From the NCBI GenBank assembly GCA_963740315.1, contig CAVUDP010000002.1, forward strand, positions 3,648,001 to 3,712,000: DNA of 64,000 bases, given 5' to 3'. How positions within the stretch are numbered: position 1 is the stretch's first letter; each line of letters opens with the position of its first letter. The DNA is from an uncultured cyanobacterium. GTDB taxonomy: Bacteria; Cyanobacteriota; Cyanobacteriia; Cyanobacteriales; Nostocaceae. Shown here one piece after another: positions 32,144-43,539 of this stretch. Below the pieces are notes generated by a model, which saw only the letters and a program-made list of their open reading frames with translations, was not told where the DNA came from and made no database searches. The translations under genes and the position numbers were made by a program.

Positions 32144-32936
32144 GCTTGTATTTGTGATTTCTAATATATAGAAATATATAGCTATAGGTACAAATCCCCC
32201 AGACTTTAATTAATCAAGTATGGGGGATTAAAATTCGCCTGTGGTTTATTCATAAGCGATGTTGCTTTTGTATTGTCATAGAGCGCCATACACCATGTTG
32301 GCGCACTTTACTGTCTTCACTGCGATTAAAAAAATTTATTGTAAACAAAATATTTAAATAGACGTAGTAATTAATACCGAGTCACTTTTAAGGGAAACTT
32401 TCCTTGTATCTGTGAGGGATTTGCTGTTCTTACTTAACAGCGATCGGATATAAAATAAATCCTTTTTTAAAGAAATATATATAAGAATTTTTTAAAGTCA
32501 GCATTAGATATATTGATTGTTGAAAATATATAAATATTGATTTATAAACTTGTAAATTAACACACATTTACATTGCTTAAATAAACTCCCAAAAGATAAA
32601 TATTTGCATCTCAGGAGGCAGCTTTTCATAAGAAGTAGAAACCCGATGGGGGTAGTAAAACTGGGTATGAAGAATCAGGTAATATAGTCAGCTTGAATTT
32701 TATAGGGAATCGTATAATACCTTGTTTGGGCAATATTTTATCTATCTCTTAGGGAGTATTTTAAAGAAACATCTGTAAGAAATAATTAATAAAAGCCGTT
32801 TATAAATAAAATCAAAAGTAGTTGGGAACTAAGCGCGTTGTTAGTGCTATTTTTTGGGGATAACATGAAAACAGTTGCTTTTAAGGCATGATTAGTCATG
32901 TCCAGTTCTTACACACATTAACATAGCAGTTTTTTT

Positions 32937-33203
32937 ATGGACATTCAGTTAATCAACATCGGTTTCGGCAATATTGTTTCTGCCAACCGAGTAGTTGCAA
33001 TTGTCAGTCCAGAATCAGCTCCAATCAAGCGAATCATTACCGATGCGCGAGATAGAGGTCAACTGATTGATGCAACTTACGGTCGTCGCACAAGGGCTGT
33101 TATTATCACGGATTCAAGTCACGTTATTCTTTCGGCTATCCAACCCGAAACCGTAGCGAATCGTTTCGTTATTTCCCGCGAACATCATGTTGTAGATAAC
33201 TAA
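32937..33203 (+). CDS. remA: RemA/DUF370 family regulator
   Basis: [39 protein letters not shown]; upstream of gmk. Confidence 0.93.
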   Translation: MDIQLINIGFGNIVSANRVVAIVSPESAPIKRIITDARDRGQLIDATYGRRTRAVIITDSSHVILSAIQPETVANRFVISREHHVVDN

Positions 33204-33480
33204 AAGGGGTATGGGTCACAATTTCCGCAAAAATAATGGGCGGGCTTTTTTGAAAGATGCCGCTGGGGCTACAAGAGACGTGCTGGTTATTTTAGGGTTT
33301 CCCGAACCTTGGTTAATATCCCGGACGACAAGAATGTATACATTTTTCTGTACCATGTGAATTAACAGACTTAAAAAGTCGTTGATTTTACAACCCTCAT
33401 TAGGCAATAGTCATTTGCAAAACTAACAAATGACTACTGACTGATGAATAATGTATATAAATTGATTACAGGGAAAGCGG

Positions 33481-34095
33481 ATGATGCAAGTGCTATCGAC
33501 TCGATTTGGTGCTACTACTAACAAATTACTGTCTACGGGGAAGCTGATTGTTTTAACAGGTCCTAGTGGTGTCGGAAAAGGCACTTTAATGCGATTACTT
33601 CTTTCGCGTCATCCCGAACTCAATTACTCAATATCTGCCACTACCCGTCCTCCTCGTCCGGGGGAAGTGGACGGCAAAGACTATTATTTTATTAGCCGTA
33701 GCAAATTCCAGCGGTTAATTGAGCAAGGTGAATTTCTAGAGTGGGCGGAATTTGCCGGTAATTTATACGGTACTCCTCGCAAACCAGTAATTGACCTGAT
33801 GGAGTCTGGAAAATCGGTACTACTTGAAATTGAGTTGGAAGGGGCACGTAAAATTCGTGCCGCATTTCCCGAACTGTTGAGTATTTTTATACTTCCACCA
33901 ACTTTTAATGAATTAGAGAAACGGATACGCGGTAGAAAGAAAGATTCTTCCGAGGCTATATCGCGTCGTTTAAAGCGTGCTAAAGAAGAAATTGACTGTG
34001 CTTCTGAATTCCATATTCAAATAGTGAATGACGATTTAGAAACCGCAGTTCGCGATATTGAAGTGGCAATCTCGGACGATCGCGAATTATTTTGA
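33481..34095 (+). CDS. gmk: Guanylate kinase
   Basis: GPSGVGKGT, SATTRPPRPGEVDG, YGTP. Confidence 0.97.
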   Translation: MMQVLSTRFGATTNKLLSTGKLIVLTGPSGVGKGTLMRLLLSRHPELNYSISATTRPPRPGEVDGKDYYFISRSKFQRLIEQGEFLEWAEFAGNLYGTPRKPVIDLMESGKSVLLEIELEGARKIRAAFPELLSIFILPPTFNELEKRIRGRKKDSSEAISRRLKRAKEEIDCASEFHIQIVNDDLETAVRDIEVAISDDRELF

Positions 34096-34151
34096 TTAAC
34101 CGCAAGCTGAGCCGCGCCGTTGCAGGCGATCGCGCTCAATGCCTCATAAAT

Positions 34152-34198
34152 AAAGGACACTAACCAAGACTATTAAAGTCTTTGTGTTGTGTCCTTTT
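34152..34198. terminator. Bidirectional terminator between gmk and psaL
   Basis: aaaggacac..aagact..agtctt..gtgtccttt hairpin with A/T flanks. Confidence 0.6.
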
Positions 34199-34249
34199 GC
34201 CTTTATGGCTGTTAACATCTACTTGACGATCGGGGCATGAAACCGAATA

Positions 34250-34777
34250 TCAACCAAATAAACCTTGGATAAATGCCAAGTTGCTGGTTAAAAAGTAGGC
34301 TGTTACCCCGCCACCAATCCCACCAATTAAAAAAGCACTAGCAAAGTTGTTCCAACCTTCCATAGTATTAAAAGCACTAGGTGGATTGGGCACAGTTACT
34401 GTGGCAACTGGTTTGGGTGGATTGCTATTAGCGTATAAAGATAAGCAAGCGGTGAGAATCACAACCAAGCCGATTGTGGAAAGCAACCCAGCTAAGTTAG
34501 CTGACGGTGCATTACGCAGGGGACCTAATTTAGCAAATGGACCAAATAACAAGTAACCGTGAGCCATCCCAACCTCTAATCCTCGTCTAAAAGGAGTTAT
34601 ATCGGGACGATAAGCAGGTAAGTTTCTGATAAACCACTTGCTTAGATGAGAAGCATTAATTGGCGTTTCTAGATTGCCTGTTTGCGGATTGCCTTCTGCG
34701 GCAAAAACAACTTCCTGATTTCTAGCGTCGTTAGGTTTATTTTTCGCTTCATCTAATGCTTGCACTATATTTCCCAT
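34250..34777 (-). CDS. psaL: Photosystem I subunit XI
   Basis: GNLETPIN, NLPAYR, RGLEVGMAHGY, GPLRN. Confidence 0.97.
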   Translation of the reverse strand: MGNIVQALDEAKNKPNDARNQEVVFAAEGNPQTGNLETPINASHLSKWFIRNLPAYRPDITPFRRGLEVGMAHGYLLFGPFAKLGPLRNAPSANLAGLLSTIGLVVILTACLSLYANSNPPKPVATVTVPNPPSAFNTMEGWNNFASAFLIGGIGGGVTAYFLTSNLAFIQGLFG

Positions 34778-34879
34778 GTTTTATTTTTACCTCTCGAATA
34801 AATGAATACTTTTCTACATCTTAATAATTGTATCTAGAGGAGCTTTTTAACAGTAATTTTTAGAAAAATTAATAAATAC

Positions 34880-34917
34880 AAAACTCGCTTGTGCCGAACG
34901 CAGCACAAGCGAGTTTT
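34880..34917 (-). terminator. Stem-loop between psaJ and psaL
   Basis: aaaactcgcttgtgc...gcacaagcgagtttt perfect inverted repeat. Confidence 0.7.
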
Positions 34918-35014
34918 ACTAAAAATTATTCCAACATAAATAGGGGTTTATTCAGAGTTATTAAGTTATAGAACAACTGCTAACTCCAAACAACAATCGA
35001 ATTGTATACCCAAT

Positions 35015-35149
35015 TTATGGTAGTGGATGGAACAATAGGTCAGGAAAAATGTAGTTGAATGTAATCAACAACACCGCAGTAAATATTAACCAGCCAAACA
35101 GTAGGACTGGTGCGAGGGAAAGATACCTCAATAAATCGTTTTGCTGCAT
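35015..35149 (-). CDS. psaJ: Photosystem I subunit IX (absent from the ORF track)
   Basis: Manual translation [44 protein letters not shown], between psaF and psaL. Confidence 0.93.
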   Translation of the reverse strand: MQQNDLLRYLSLAPVLLFGWLIFTAVLLITFNYIFPDLLFHPLP

Positions 35150-35342
35150 GGATTGTACTCCCAAATAATGAGCTTCGATCGATGGATTTTCGATGAGTAG
35201 ATTTACGCGCCTGTATAATAAAGAAGAATGATTTAAAAGACAGCCAATAAATCAACTATTAATTAACAATAGTTAATAATTATTAGCAAGACTTGGAATA
35301 GCTAAGGTCGCTATTAAAAATTCTCCTCACTAACAATTGCTA

Positions 35343-35837
35343 CTAGCGTGGAGAAATTGGAATTTCTTCATCTTTTGCGGTCAATTCACCCGAAAGCAAT
35401 TCTTTAATTGCTGCTGCGGGCCAAGCGAAACCAGAAAGCATTAGTGGTAATGCTGTAGGTACGTCGATAATTACTTCCTTCATTTCAGCATCTTTTTCGT
35501 TTCTAACGGCTTGGAGGTAAGAACGACCTACCCAACCAATCCAGCCAGCGATGTAAAGAAACAGAATGCCAGGAATTAGAAAGTCACCAGAACGACTCAA
35601 ACGACCATCAACAATTAAGTGAGGTAGACCCTCTGGACCGCATAAAGCCTGAGCATAACGTTCAAAACGTTTTTCTCCGCTATTAGGGTCGCTCGTCGTG
35701 TTGCGGGCATCCGCAGCACGTTGTTGAAAAGCGGGTGAGTCGCTGCATCTTACTAGGTCAGCACCTAGAGCAAAGGCTGGTGGGGCGAAATTAAACGCCA
35801 AACAAACAGCTAAAATTAGAGCAAACAAGCGTCGCAT
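35343..35837 (-). CDS. psaF: Photosystem I subunit III
   Basis: [30 protein letters not shown]-terminal ISPR. Confidence 0.97.
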   Translation of the reverse strand: MRRLFALILAVCLAFNFAPPAFALGADLVRCSDSPAFQQRAADARNTTSDPNSGEKRFERYAQALCGPEGLPHLIVDGRLSRSGDFLIPGILFLYIAGWIGWVGRSYLQAVRNEKDAEMKEVIIDVPTALPLMLSGFAWPAAAIKELLSGELTAKDEEIPISPR

Positions 35838-36016
35838 GAAATTGTTTCCTTTTATTACGAAACAAAAAATATTTGTACAAAACGAAGCGGCTCGTACAAA
35901 TTTAAATTTGTGTAACTAAGAAGCGATCATACTCTTGATGCGTAAACGGAGTAAAGTTGAAGTAAATAAAAGTTAAAGCTTCTACAACAAAATTTTTATT
36001 CACATAACCTAGATAG

Positions 36017-37057
36017 ATGGCAACTGTTTTAGCAATAGAGACTAGCTGCGATGAGACTGCCGTAGCAATTGTAAATAATCGTCACGTTTGTAGCAACGTT
36101 GTAGCTTCCCAAATTTCAGTACATAAAAATTATGGTGGAGTAGTGCCAGAAGTTGCCTCCCGTATGCATTTGGAGACGATAAACCAACTTATTGACCTAG
36201 CTTTAGAACAAGCACAATTACATTGGAGCGACATTGATGGTGTAGCTGCAACTTGCGCCCCTGGATTGGTAGGGGCATTATTAGTGGGTTTAACCGCCGC
36301 TAAAACTTTATGTATGGTACGTTCCTTACCATTTATAGGAATTCATCACCTCGAAGGACATATTTATGCCAATTATTTAACCGAGCCAGCCCTTGAAACT
36401 CCATTTTTAAGCTTATTAGTTTCGGGAGGACATACAAGTTTAATTTACGTAAAAGATTGCGGAATCTATGAAAGCCTTGGAGCAACACGCGATGATGCCG
36501 CAGGTGAAGCATTTGACAAAGTAGCGCGGTTGTTAAAGCTAGGATATCCCGGTGGTCCAATAATTGACGAACTAGCACAACTTGGTAATTCGAGCGCCTT
36601 TAAATTGCCTGAAGGAAGAGTTTCTTTACCGTCGGGAGGCTATCATCCCTATGATGCGAGTTTTAGCGGGTTAAAGACAGCAGTATTGCGACTGGTACAG
36701 CAGTTAGAAAAAAATAATCCCTCAATACCCGTAGCAGATGTAGCAGCCAGCTTTCAGGATACCGTAGCCAGAGCGTTGACAAAAAGAGCCATAGCCTGCG
36801 CCTTAGATTATGGTTTGAAGACTATTACAGTTGGTGGTGGAGTCGCAGCCAACAGCGGTTTGAGAAAGCATTTACAAGCAGCAGCAGAAACTCATAACCT
36901 ACGAGTGTTATTTCCATCTCTAAAATTCTGTACCGATAACGCCGCCATGATCGGTTGCTGCGCCGCCGATCATCTTTCCAGAGGACATACTTCTTCTTTG
37001 AGTCTTGGCGTTGAATCAAGGCTAGCACTGAGTCGGGTGATGGAGCTTTATCAGTAA
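36017..37057 (+). CDS. tsaD: tRNA t6A37 threonylcarbamoyltransferase TsaD
   Basis: IETSCDET, GGVVPEVASR, HHLEGH, SGGHT, DNAAMI. Confidence 0.97.
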   Translation: MATVLAIETSCDETAVAIVNNRHVCSNVVASQISVHKNYGGVVPEVASRMHLETINQLIDLALEQAQLHWSDIDGVAATCAPGLVGALLVGLTAAKTLCMVRSLPFIGIHHLEGHIYANYLTEPALETPFLSLLVSGGHTSLIYVKDCGIYESLGATRDDAAGEAFDKVARLLKLGYPGGPIIDELAQLGNSSAFKLPEGRVSLPSGGYHPYDASFSGLKTAVLRLVQQLEKNNPSIPVADVAASFQDTVARALTKRAIACALDYGLKTITVGGGVAANSGLRKHLQAAAETHNLRVLFPSLKFCTDNAAMIGCCAADHLSRGHTSSLSLGVESRLALSRVMELYQ

Positions 37058-37059
37058 CT

Positions 37060-37147
37060 AGTTAGCAGTTAGCAGTTAGCAGTTAGCAGTTAGCAGTTAG
37101 CAGTTAGCAGTTAGCAGTTAGCAGTTAGCAGTTAGCAGTTAGCAGTT
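37060..37147. repeat. Heptamer STRR (agttagc)n, about 12 copies
   Basis: Perfect tandem 7-mers. Confidence 0.95.
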
Positions 37148-37163
37148 AATAAGAATTATCTCT

Positions 37164-37235
37164 CCCTTGTCCCCTTGTCCCCTTGTCCCCTTGTCCCCTT
37201 GTCCCCTTGTCCCCTTGTCCCCTTGTCCCCTTGTC
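37164..37235. repeat. Octamer tandem repeat (ccccttgt)n, about 9 copies
   Basis: Perfect tandem array. Confidence 0.95.
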
Positions 37236-37268
37236 TCCCCCGAACCCCATCCCCTGCGGCCCAATTTC

Positions 37269-38168
37269 TTAATTGATAATAGAGCGGATGCGATCGGCGA
37301 CAATATCTGGCTGCTCTAGCATTGCTAAGTGTCCGCAGTCGGGAATTTCGATTACGTTGTCGCCGCAGTCTTGAAACAAGGGATGGAAACTAGCTAAGTG
37401 ACGAACGTATTTTGGTTCCATGACTTTATCTTCGGCACCTGTTAAGAAATAAACTGGCTGTTTAAGTTGAGATACCAATTGTGGTAAATAATTTATTTGT
37501 TCTTCTGTTGTAGAGTCTAGTAGCGTTCCTAAAGCAGCTTGAGGATCGGCTACTAAAAAATCGATGATTCGCTGCCGTGCCCAATAACGTTCCAAGGGAC
37601 GCGCTACAGAATTTCTGGCGAACAATATGTCAATTAAAGGTACTTGAGATAGCCATCTGGGACGAAGCTGTAAAAACCTTTGTCCTGCGGTGCGGAATTT
37701 TTCAAAGGCTTCTTTAAGATAAATACCACCACCGGAATTGATACAGATTACTCCTTTAACTTCTTGAGTCATCTGAGCTGCTGTCCATAAAGCAATGGTG
37801 CCACCAAGGGAATGACCAATTAACCAAACATTATTTAGATTTAACTTTCGCAGCAGTACTACTAAATCTTCCATGTAGGCAGATGGAGTGTAAGGAGAAT
37901 CAAACGGATTAACGGATGTCTTACGCCCCGTCATTAAATCTGAGGAGGCGTTATTCTGAGGTATTTTTGTCTCTTTCAATTGAGATTCCCCAAAACCTCG
38001 TAAGTCATATGAAAGGCACCCAAAATCTGGCTGGAGACGTTCAATCGTAGGTTGCCAGTATCCACGGCTATTAAGCCAACCGTGGATAAATACTAAAGTG
38101 TGGGAGTTGTCAGCAGGAACCGTTAGCTCGTATGCGTGGGGAACGCCGAAGATTTCGATAGTTGCCAT
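37269..38168 (-). CDS. Alpha/beta fold hydrolase
   Basis: VFIHGW, YDLRGFG, GHSLGG, CGHLAMLEQP. Confidence 0.92.
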   Translation of the reverse strand: MATIEIFGVPHAYELTVPADNSHTLVFIHGWLNSRGYWQPTIERLQPDFGCLSYDLRGFGESQLKETKIPQNNASSDLMTGRKTSVNPFDSPYTPSAYMEDLVVLLRKLNLNNVWLIGHSLGGTIALWTAAQMTQEVKGVICINSGGGIYLKEAFEKFRTAGQRFLQLRPRWLSQVPLIDILFARNSVARPLERYWARQRIIDFLVADPQAALGTLLDSTTEEQINYLPQLVSQLKQPVYFLTGAEDKVMEPKYVRHLASFHPLFQDCGDNVIEIPDCGHLAMLEQPDIVADRIRSIIN

Positions 38169-38280
38169 GAAAGCAGCACGTACCTTTAATGACGTTTGCC
38201 ATAAAACAGTAGTTTTACTATTTAATTTTCGCAGTTATTCAATCGCTTTTTTGACGATAAGTCCACCTTTATAAAAATAT

Positions 38281-39000
38281 TCAACTTCCGAGAAATCTTC
38301 CACGGACGCTTTGGGCAATTTTGTGACCTAAATATTCCGGAATTAAGCTTTCATTAGGTCCTAATAAATAAAGTATCAAGCGCGTGCGTCCGCGCCAAAC
38401 CAGCAAGTTAGCATTGACTACGAGCAAGTCTTCAAGCCACATAGCGTACATAACTTTATAGAATAATCCCGGTTGGTTGTCAGCTTCAATCACTAAAGCT
38501 GGTAAATGAAACACTGGATCTACATAAAACTCGGTTTCGACTTTTTCTAAACCAGCGTCAAGGTTAAATTCTACCGCTAGCATCTCTTCTACCTCAAAAC
38601 GTCCTCCCAAAGCTTCGCGAATTGCACGAGTGACGTTTTCTGCTGTTTTTTCCGAAAGGGCTTTGCTACCACGAGATACAAGTAGTTTAATAAAAACCAA
38701 CATCGGTGGTTTGATTTGTCCGTACAAACTTAAACTGTGAATTGTAAGTCCGTAAGCCGCTAGAACACCAAAAATATCGCTGAGGAGAAAAGACTGGTTG
38801 CGGTAGGCGAAATGCAAAGCACTTTTACCCCCTTCAGGTTTTAACTCGATAACGGCACGTCTGGTTTTATAGAGTCGATAAGCTAGCCGCAAATTTTGCA
38901 GTTGAATCTCACTGCTCACAAATTGTTCGTAAAACTGGGGAAACGACTTATTAAAGCGTTTTAGAAGTTCCAGTGTTGATGTTTTTAAACCAGAAGCCAT
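38281..39000 (-). CDS. Conserved protein with two ACT-like domains
   Basis: RNQSFLLSDIFGVLAAYGLTI and ADNQPGLFYKV...LLVVNA resemble ACT d.pGll motifs. Confidence 0.7.
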   Translation of the reverse strand: MASGLKTSTLELLKRFNKSFPQFYEQFVSSEIQLQNLRLAYRLYKTRRAVIELKPEGGKSALHFAYRNQSFLLSDIFGVLAAYGLTIHSLSLYGQIKPPMLVFIKLLVSRGSKALSEKTAENVTRAIREALGGRFEVEEMLAVEFNLDAGLEKVETEFYVDPVFHLPALVIEADNQPGLFYKVMYAMWLEDLLVVNANLLVWRGRTRLILYLLGPNESLIPEYLGHKIAQSVRGRFLGS

Positions 39001-39313
39001 TTTTTAATGTAAGACTCGCTTGCTGTTGTCAAAATAAATACTATTGAACGGGAAATAAAAAAACTATATAGCCGCCCCTCAAAATTTTAAGGCACTGTTG
39101 TATACAATTAATTCTCAGATTTGGTGCCCCTCAACTCGTGAATTTTTCCGCCTTGTTTGTCAACAAGATGTTAAAGTTGAAAATAATTGATGTTAAACAC
39201 GTATGACCGCTGCTGGCTTCTATCAAATCTCGTCAAAATTAACATCTGTTAGTTAATGTAGAGTTTTATAGAAAGCTTGCTGCGATAAGCGTGGTTCAAT
39301 ATACACGCTTTAA

Positions 39314-39889
<576 letters not shown>

Positions 39890-40120
39890 TCCCAAATTTT
39901 TCTGCTTCTCACCTTCTTAAATTATTTTAAAGTTGGCTTTGTCACGGCTAAGTAGTGCGCGGAATACCGCAAATGTAGATCCGCGCCTATTTATAAATTG
40001 GAGTACCAAGGCTTGTAAATCAAATTAAAACCAACCATTAGTTAATAATTTAATAATTTATTTGCCATCGGTATATTAAGTGTGATAATATATAAATATT
40101 GCCGCTTACACGGTTATGTC

Positions 40121-40194
40121 CGGGATGTAGCGCAGCTTGGTAGCGCGCCTGCTTTGGGAGCAGGATGTCGCAGGTTCGAATCCTGTCATCCCGA
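40121..40194 (+). tRNA. tRNA-Pro(TGG)
   Basis: CGGGATG/CATCCCG acceptor stem, anticodon arm CCTGC-TTTGGGA-GCAGG, T-loop GGTTCGAATCC. Confidence 0.97.
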
Positions 40195-40759
40195 TTTAAA
40201 GAATATATTTTATGAATGCTTTAAAACGATTAAAGGGTTTAAAATTTTTATAGTAACTATTAAAAATCAAAATCAAAGTATAGATTATTATTTTTTCGTA
40301 AATTAAGTACACATACAGCAGCAAAAAGTACTTTAATGGTAAGTATTAATTTGTAAGTTAACGGCAAGCTTTAAACAAAAATAATACTTTTAAGTTACGA
40401 CACATCAATCATAAATGCCCGAAAAAGAAAGCATTGATTAAATTATCTCAAATAAGGCGTGTCAAAAATAAATGCTTTCTCAACACTGAATGTGGAACGA
40501 TTTTTTTTTCGATAGCGTCAACATTTTTTAAGAAAAGCAATAAAATGGCACTTGATGTGTCTACAAGCGGAAATATTTTTTTTCGCTCATTATTTTTTCA
40601 ATATGTCTATATAGGCATTTGCCTCGTTGTTAATTAAAATATTGGACAAACAAGGTAGATAGGCAACTGGTGCAGTCAGAAAAGCTTTTGAAGAGACTAT
40701 AACTGTATAAGTCGATTCAAGGAGTATATACAGCCTGCCTGGAATTTATCAAAATATTA

Positions 40760-41578
40760 ATGCTAGGAGAAGTCATGAAATCATTAGTTCGCTGGGGAAC
40801 AACATTAGGTGTAGTGGGGAGTACTCTACTAGCAACTGTTACAAGCGGAATTGCCCCAGTAATTGCATTGTCAGAACAAGAAATTAAAAGTAAGCTGGAC
40901 AACATTCCAGTATGGTTGATTACTAATCCACAAGGTTTACCGTTAAGTCGTCCTTTACCCGAACAAAATGGTAAGAAAGCGGGTGGTTCTGTAACTGGCG
41001 TTTACATGAGCAAACAAGAGGCTCAAACCTTTATCAGCGATTTACAAAAGGTCAAAGATAAAGATCCGAAAATGACCCAGATGGTGAAAAGCCTACAGGT
41101 TACTCCCGTACCTTTAGGAGTCATTTTTCAGCAAGTGCAAAAATCGAAAAATGAACCAAACCGCTTGTTATTTGCCTTTAAACCAGTTGATAAGGAAGTT
41201 CAAGGAGCAATGAGCTTGTTGAAAAAAAGCGGTCAACAGGTAAAACAGTTTAGAAGCGTACCCACTTTTCTAGTCAGGTTTGCACCAGACAAAAGCTACG
41301 TACCAATTAAACTCGGAGATCAAAAAAACGAACAGGAAGTAGTTCCCGTGTTCTTTAGTATGCAAGACGCTAACAATCTGCTCAACCAAGTCAAGCCAAA
41401 ATTTCCCAAAGCTGATATTCAGGTGGTAGATGTAGACGGTATACTTAGTACTTTGCAGGAGAAAAACGACCCTTGGCTCGATAGAGTAGTCTTTTTCCCC
41501 AATCCAGAAGCTAGGCAATATATCCAGAATCTTCCCAAGCAAAAAGCGCCTAGCTCAGCACCTGCAAAGAAAAAATAG
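40760..41578 (+). CDS. Tic22 family periplasmic protein
   Basis: Signal peptide, ALSEQEIKSKLDNIPV, VTPVPLG, VPVFFS. Confidence 0.88.
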   Translation: MLGEVMKSLVRWGTTLGVVGSTLLATVTSGIAPVIALSEQEIKSKLDNIPVWLITNPQGLPLSRPLPEQNGKKAGGSVTGVYMSKQEAQTFISDLQKVKDKDPKMTQMVKSLQVTPVPLGVIFQQVQKSKNEPNRLLFAFKPVDKEVQGAMSLLKKSGQQVKQFRSVPTFLVRFAPDKSYVPIKLGDQKNEQEVVPVFFSMQDANNLLNQVKPKFPKADIQVVDVDGILSTLQEKNDPWLDRVVFFPNPEARQYIQNLPKQKAPSSAPAKKK

Positions 41579-41606
41579 TACATAATTGCTCCCATATTCT
41601 TAAGAC

Positions 41607-42533
41607 ATGGCGGATAAGCAGCTACAGGTATCTGGTAATAAACTTTCTGAGTGGCGAGATGCTGCCATATCAGCTGCTTCATCCGCTAATGTCCCGGAGG
41701 CTGAAGTAGATTGGTTGCTACAGGAAATAGCTGGATTAGATCGTTTGGCGCTGCGTATTGGTTCTTTCAAAGACGATCGCATTCAGCTAAAGTTATCTCT
41801 ACACGAATTATCAGCACTGTGGCAACAAAGGCTCCGCGAAAGGCTTCCCGTACAGTACATTACAAAAATTACTCCTTGGCGACATTTTAATATTAAAGTT
41901 TCACCTCAAGTTTTAATTCCCAGACCTGAAACAGAATCCTTAATTGATTTAGCAATAGCCGCTACTGCCGACAACCCAACAATGCGGCAAGGACATTGGG
42001 CGGACTTGGGCACAGGTAGTGGAATAATAGCTTTAGGATTAGCTTCGGCTTTTAGTCAAGCGAAAATTCATGCTGTAGATTTTTCTTCGGAAGCACTTTC
42101 GATCGCTCGAGTAAACGCCGATAATTACAGTTTTAGCGATCGCATTGAATTCTATCAAGGTTCTTGGTGGGAACCCTTAGATTTTCTTAAAGGTGAATTT
42201 AGCGGCATGGTATCCAATCCACCTTATATTCCTAGCAGTACCTTACCCGAACTACAGCCAGAAGTATTTAAACACGAACCGCATTTAGCTTTAGATGGCG
42301 GTGATGATGGTTTAGAATGTATCCGCCATTTGGTAGAAACTTCCTCCGATTATCTAAAACCTGGTGGAATATGGCTGATTGAAATGATGGCAGGACAAGC
42401 AGACAAAGTTAGCCAAATGTTGCGATCGCACGGTAACTATAGCAAAATTGAAATTTATCCCGATTTAGCTGGAATTGAGCGTTTTGCACTCGCTTATAAA
42501 AGTGAGGAGTTAGGAGTTAGGAGTGAGGAGTGA
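41607..42533 (+). CDS. prmC: Release factor glutamine methyltransferase
   Basis: VLIPRPETE, DLGTGSG, SNPPY, HEPHLALDGG. Confidence 0.96.
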   Translation: MADKQLQVSGNKLSEWRDAAISAASSANVPEAEVDWLLQEIAGLDRLALRIGSFKDDRIQLKLSLHELSALWQQRLRERLPVQYITKITPWRHFNIKVSPQVLIPRPETESLIDLAIAATADNPTMRQGHWADLGTGSGIIALGLASAFSQAKIHAVDFSSEALSIARVNADNYSFSDRIEFYQGSWWEPLDFLKGEFSGMVSNPPYIPSSTLPELQPEVFKHEPHLALDGGDDGLECIRHLVETSSDYLKPGGIWLIEMMAGQADKVSQMLRSHGNYSKIEIYPDLAGIERFALAYKSEELGVRSEE

Positions 42534-42618
42534 GGAGTTAGGAGTTAGTACCTTGTAGGTGATAAATAATAATTAATAACTAACAACTAACAACTAAAAA
42601 CTAACAACTAATAACTGA
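42501..42618. repeat. Heptamer STRRs (gagtgag/gagttag and taactaa) at the prmC-tsaC junction
   Basis: Tandem 7-mers; the first array is translated as the PrmC tail SEELGVRSEE. Confidence 0.85.
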
Positions 42619-42621
42619 TAA

Positions 42622-43212
42622 ATGACACAGGTTTCTATTGCTGAGTTGGTTGCAGGAGCTAGAATTGGTAAAGTAGTCAGCTTCCCTACAGATACTGTTC
42701 CGGCTCTGGCTGCTTTACCTGAAAATGCAGCGTTAATTTTTACCGTAAAACAACGGAGTATGAATAAGCCGTTAATACTGATGGCGGCTGACTCGGAGCA
42801 AGTTTGGGATTTTGTAGAAGGCAGTCAAGAAGAGTATGAAATATGGCAGCAAGTTGCGGATAAATACTGGGGTGGAGCGCTGACTTTAGTATTACCTGCG
42901 TCGGCGAAAGTGCCGAAAGTTATGAATCCTAATGACCCTACTACAATTGGAATCAGAGTTCCACAAAATGATATTGCTTGCAGGATTCTAGCGCAAACTG
43001 GTCCTCTGGCTACTACTAGCGCTAATTTGTCTGGACAGCCTCCCTTGCAAACTATCCCAGAAATTGAGGCAGAGTTTCCCGATATATTAACTTTGGCGAC
43101 AACAGCATATGATGATAAAACGCCTGCTATGGGTATTCCTTCCACTGTTGCTAAATGGAATCAAGGAAAATGGCAGATTTTGCGTCAAGGAGCAATTAAT
43201 TTAGATATTTGA
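42622..43212 (+). CDS. tsaC: Threonylcarbamoyl-AMP synthase (Sua5/YrdC)
   Basis: FPTDTV, KQR..KPL, IGIRVP, TTSANLSG, PST. Confidence 0.9.
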   Translation: MTQVSIAELVAGARIGKVVSFPTDTVPALAALPENAALIFTVKQRSMNKPLILMAADSEQVWDFVEGSQEEYEIWQQVADKYWGGALTLVLPASAKVPKVMNPNDPTTIGIRVPQNDIACRILAQTGPLATTSANLSGQPPLQTIPEIEAEFPDILTLATTAYDDKTPAMGIPSTVAKWNQGKWQILRQGAINLDI

Positions 43213-43539
43213 ATATTTAAATATTTAAATTAACATTTAAACTTTGAAGAAATATTTAGTGGTTATAATTTTATTTTGTGCTTTTTTATAGCCGTAGCGC
43301 TTTAAAATTTTAAATAATGTTTGTAACAGCAGTACAAAAGTCCTTCTAACCTTTTTCTCCTACGGAAAATATGGTTAGCGATTTGTATTGCGATATTTAA
43401 TTCAATCAAGCACTGCTGTCAAAAAATTATTTTACTTCAAGTTTGACGCTGTGACCATCCGGTCAAAATTATTTCTTGGAGTGGGGATTTGAGGTGGAAA
43501 AAAGTATTATTAGTTATATTGCTCAATTTTTATCTAAGG

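Noticed and set aside
35040..35255. 71-aa - strand ORF
   Set aside because: Alternative frame over psaJ.
37060..37235. Tandem arrays as a possible CRISPR
   Set aside because: 7-8-bp units with no spacers, i.e. ordinary STRRs. I saw no CRISPR array or cas gene in the window.
40121..40194. tRNA-Pro as an integration site
   Set aside because: No integrase, duplicated tRNA 3' end or foreign genes adjacent.
40082..40306. 74-aa ORF
   Set aside because: Overlaps tRNA-Pro; spurious.
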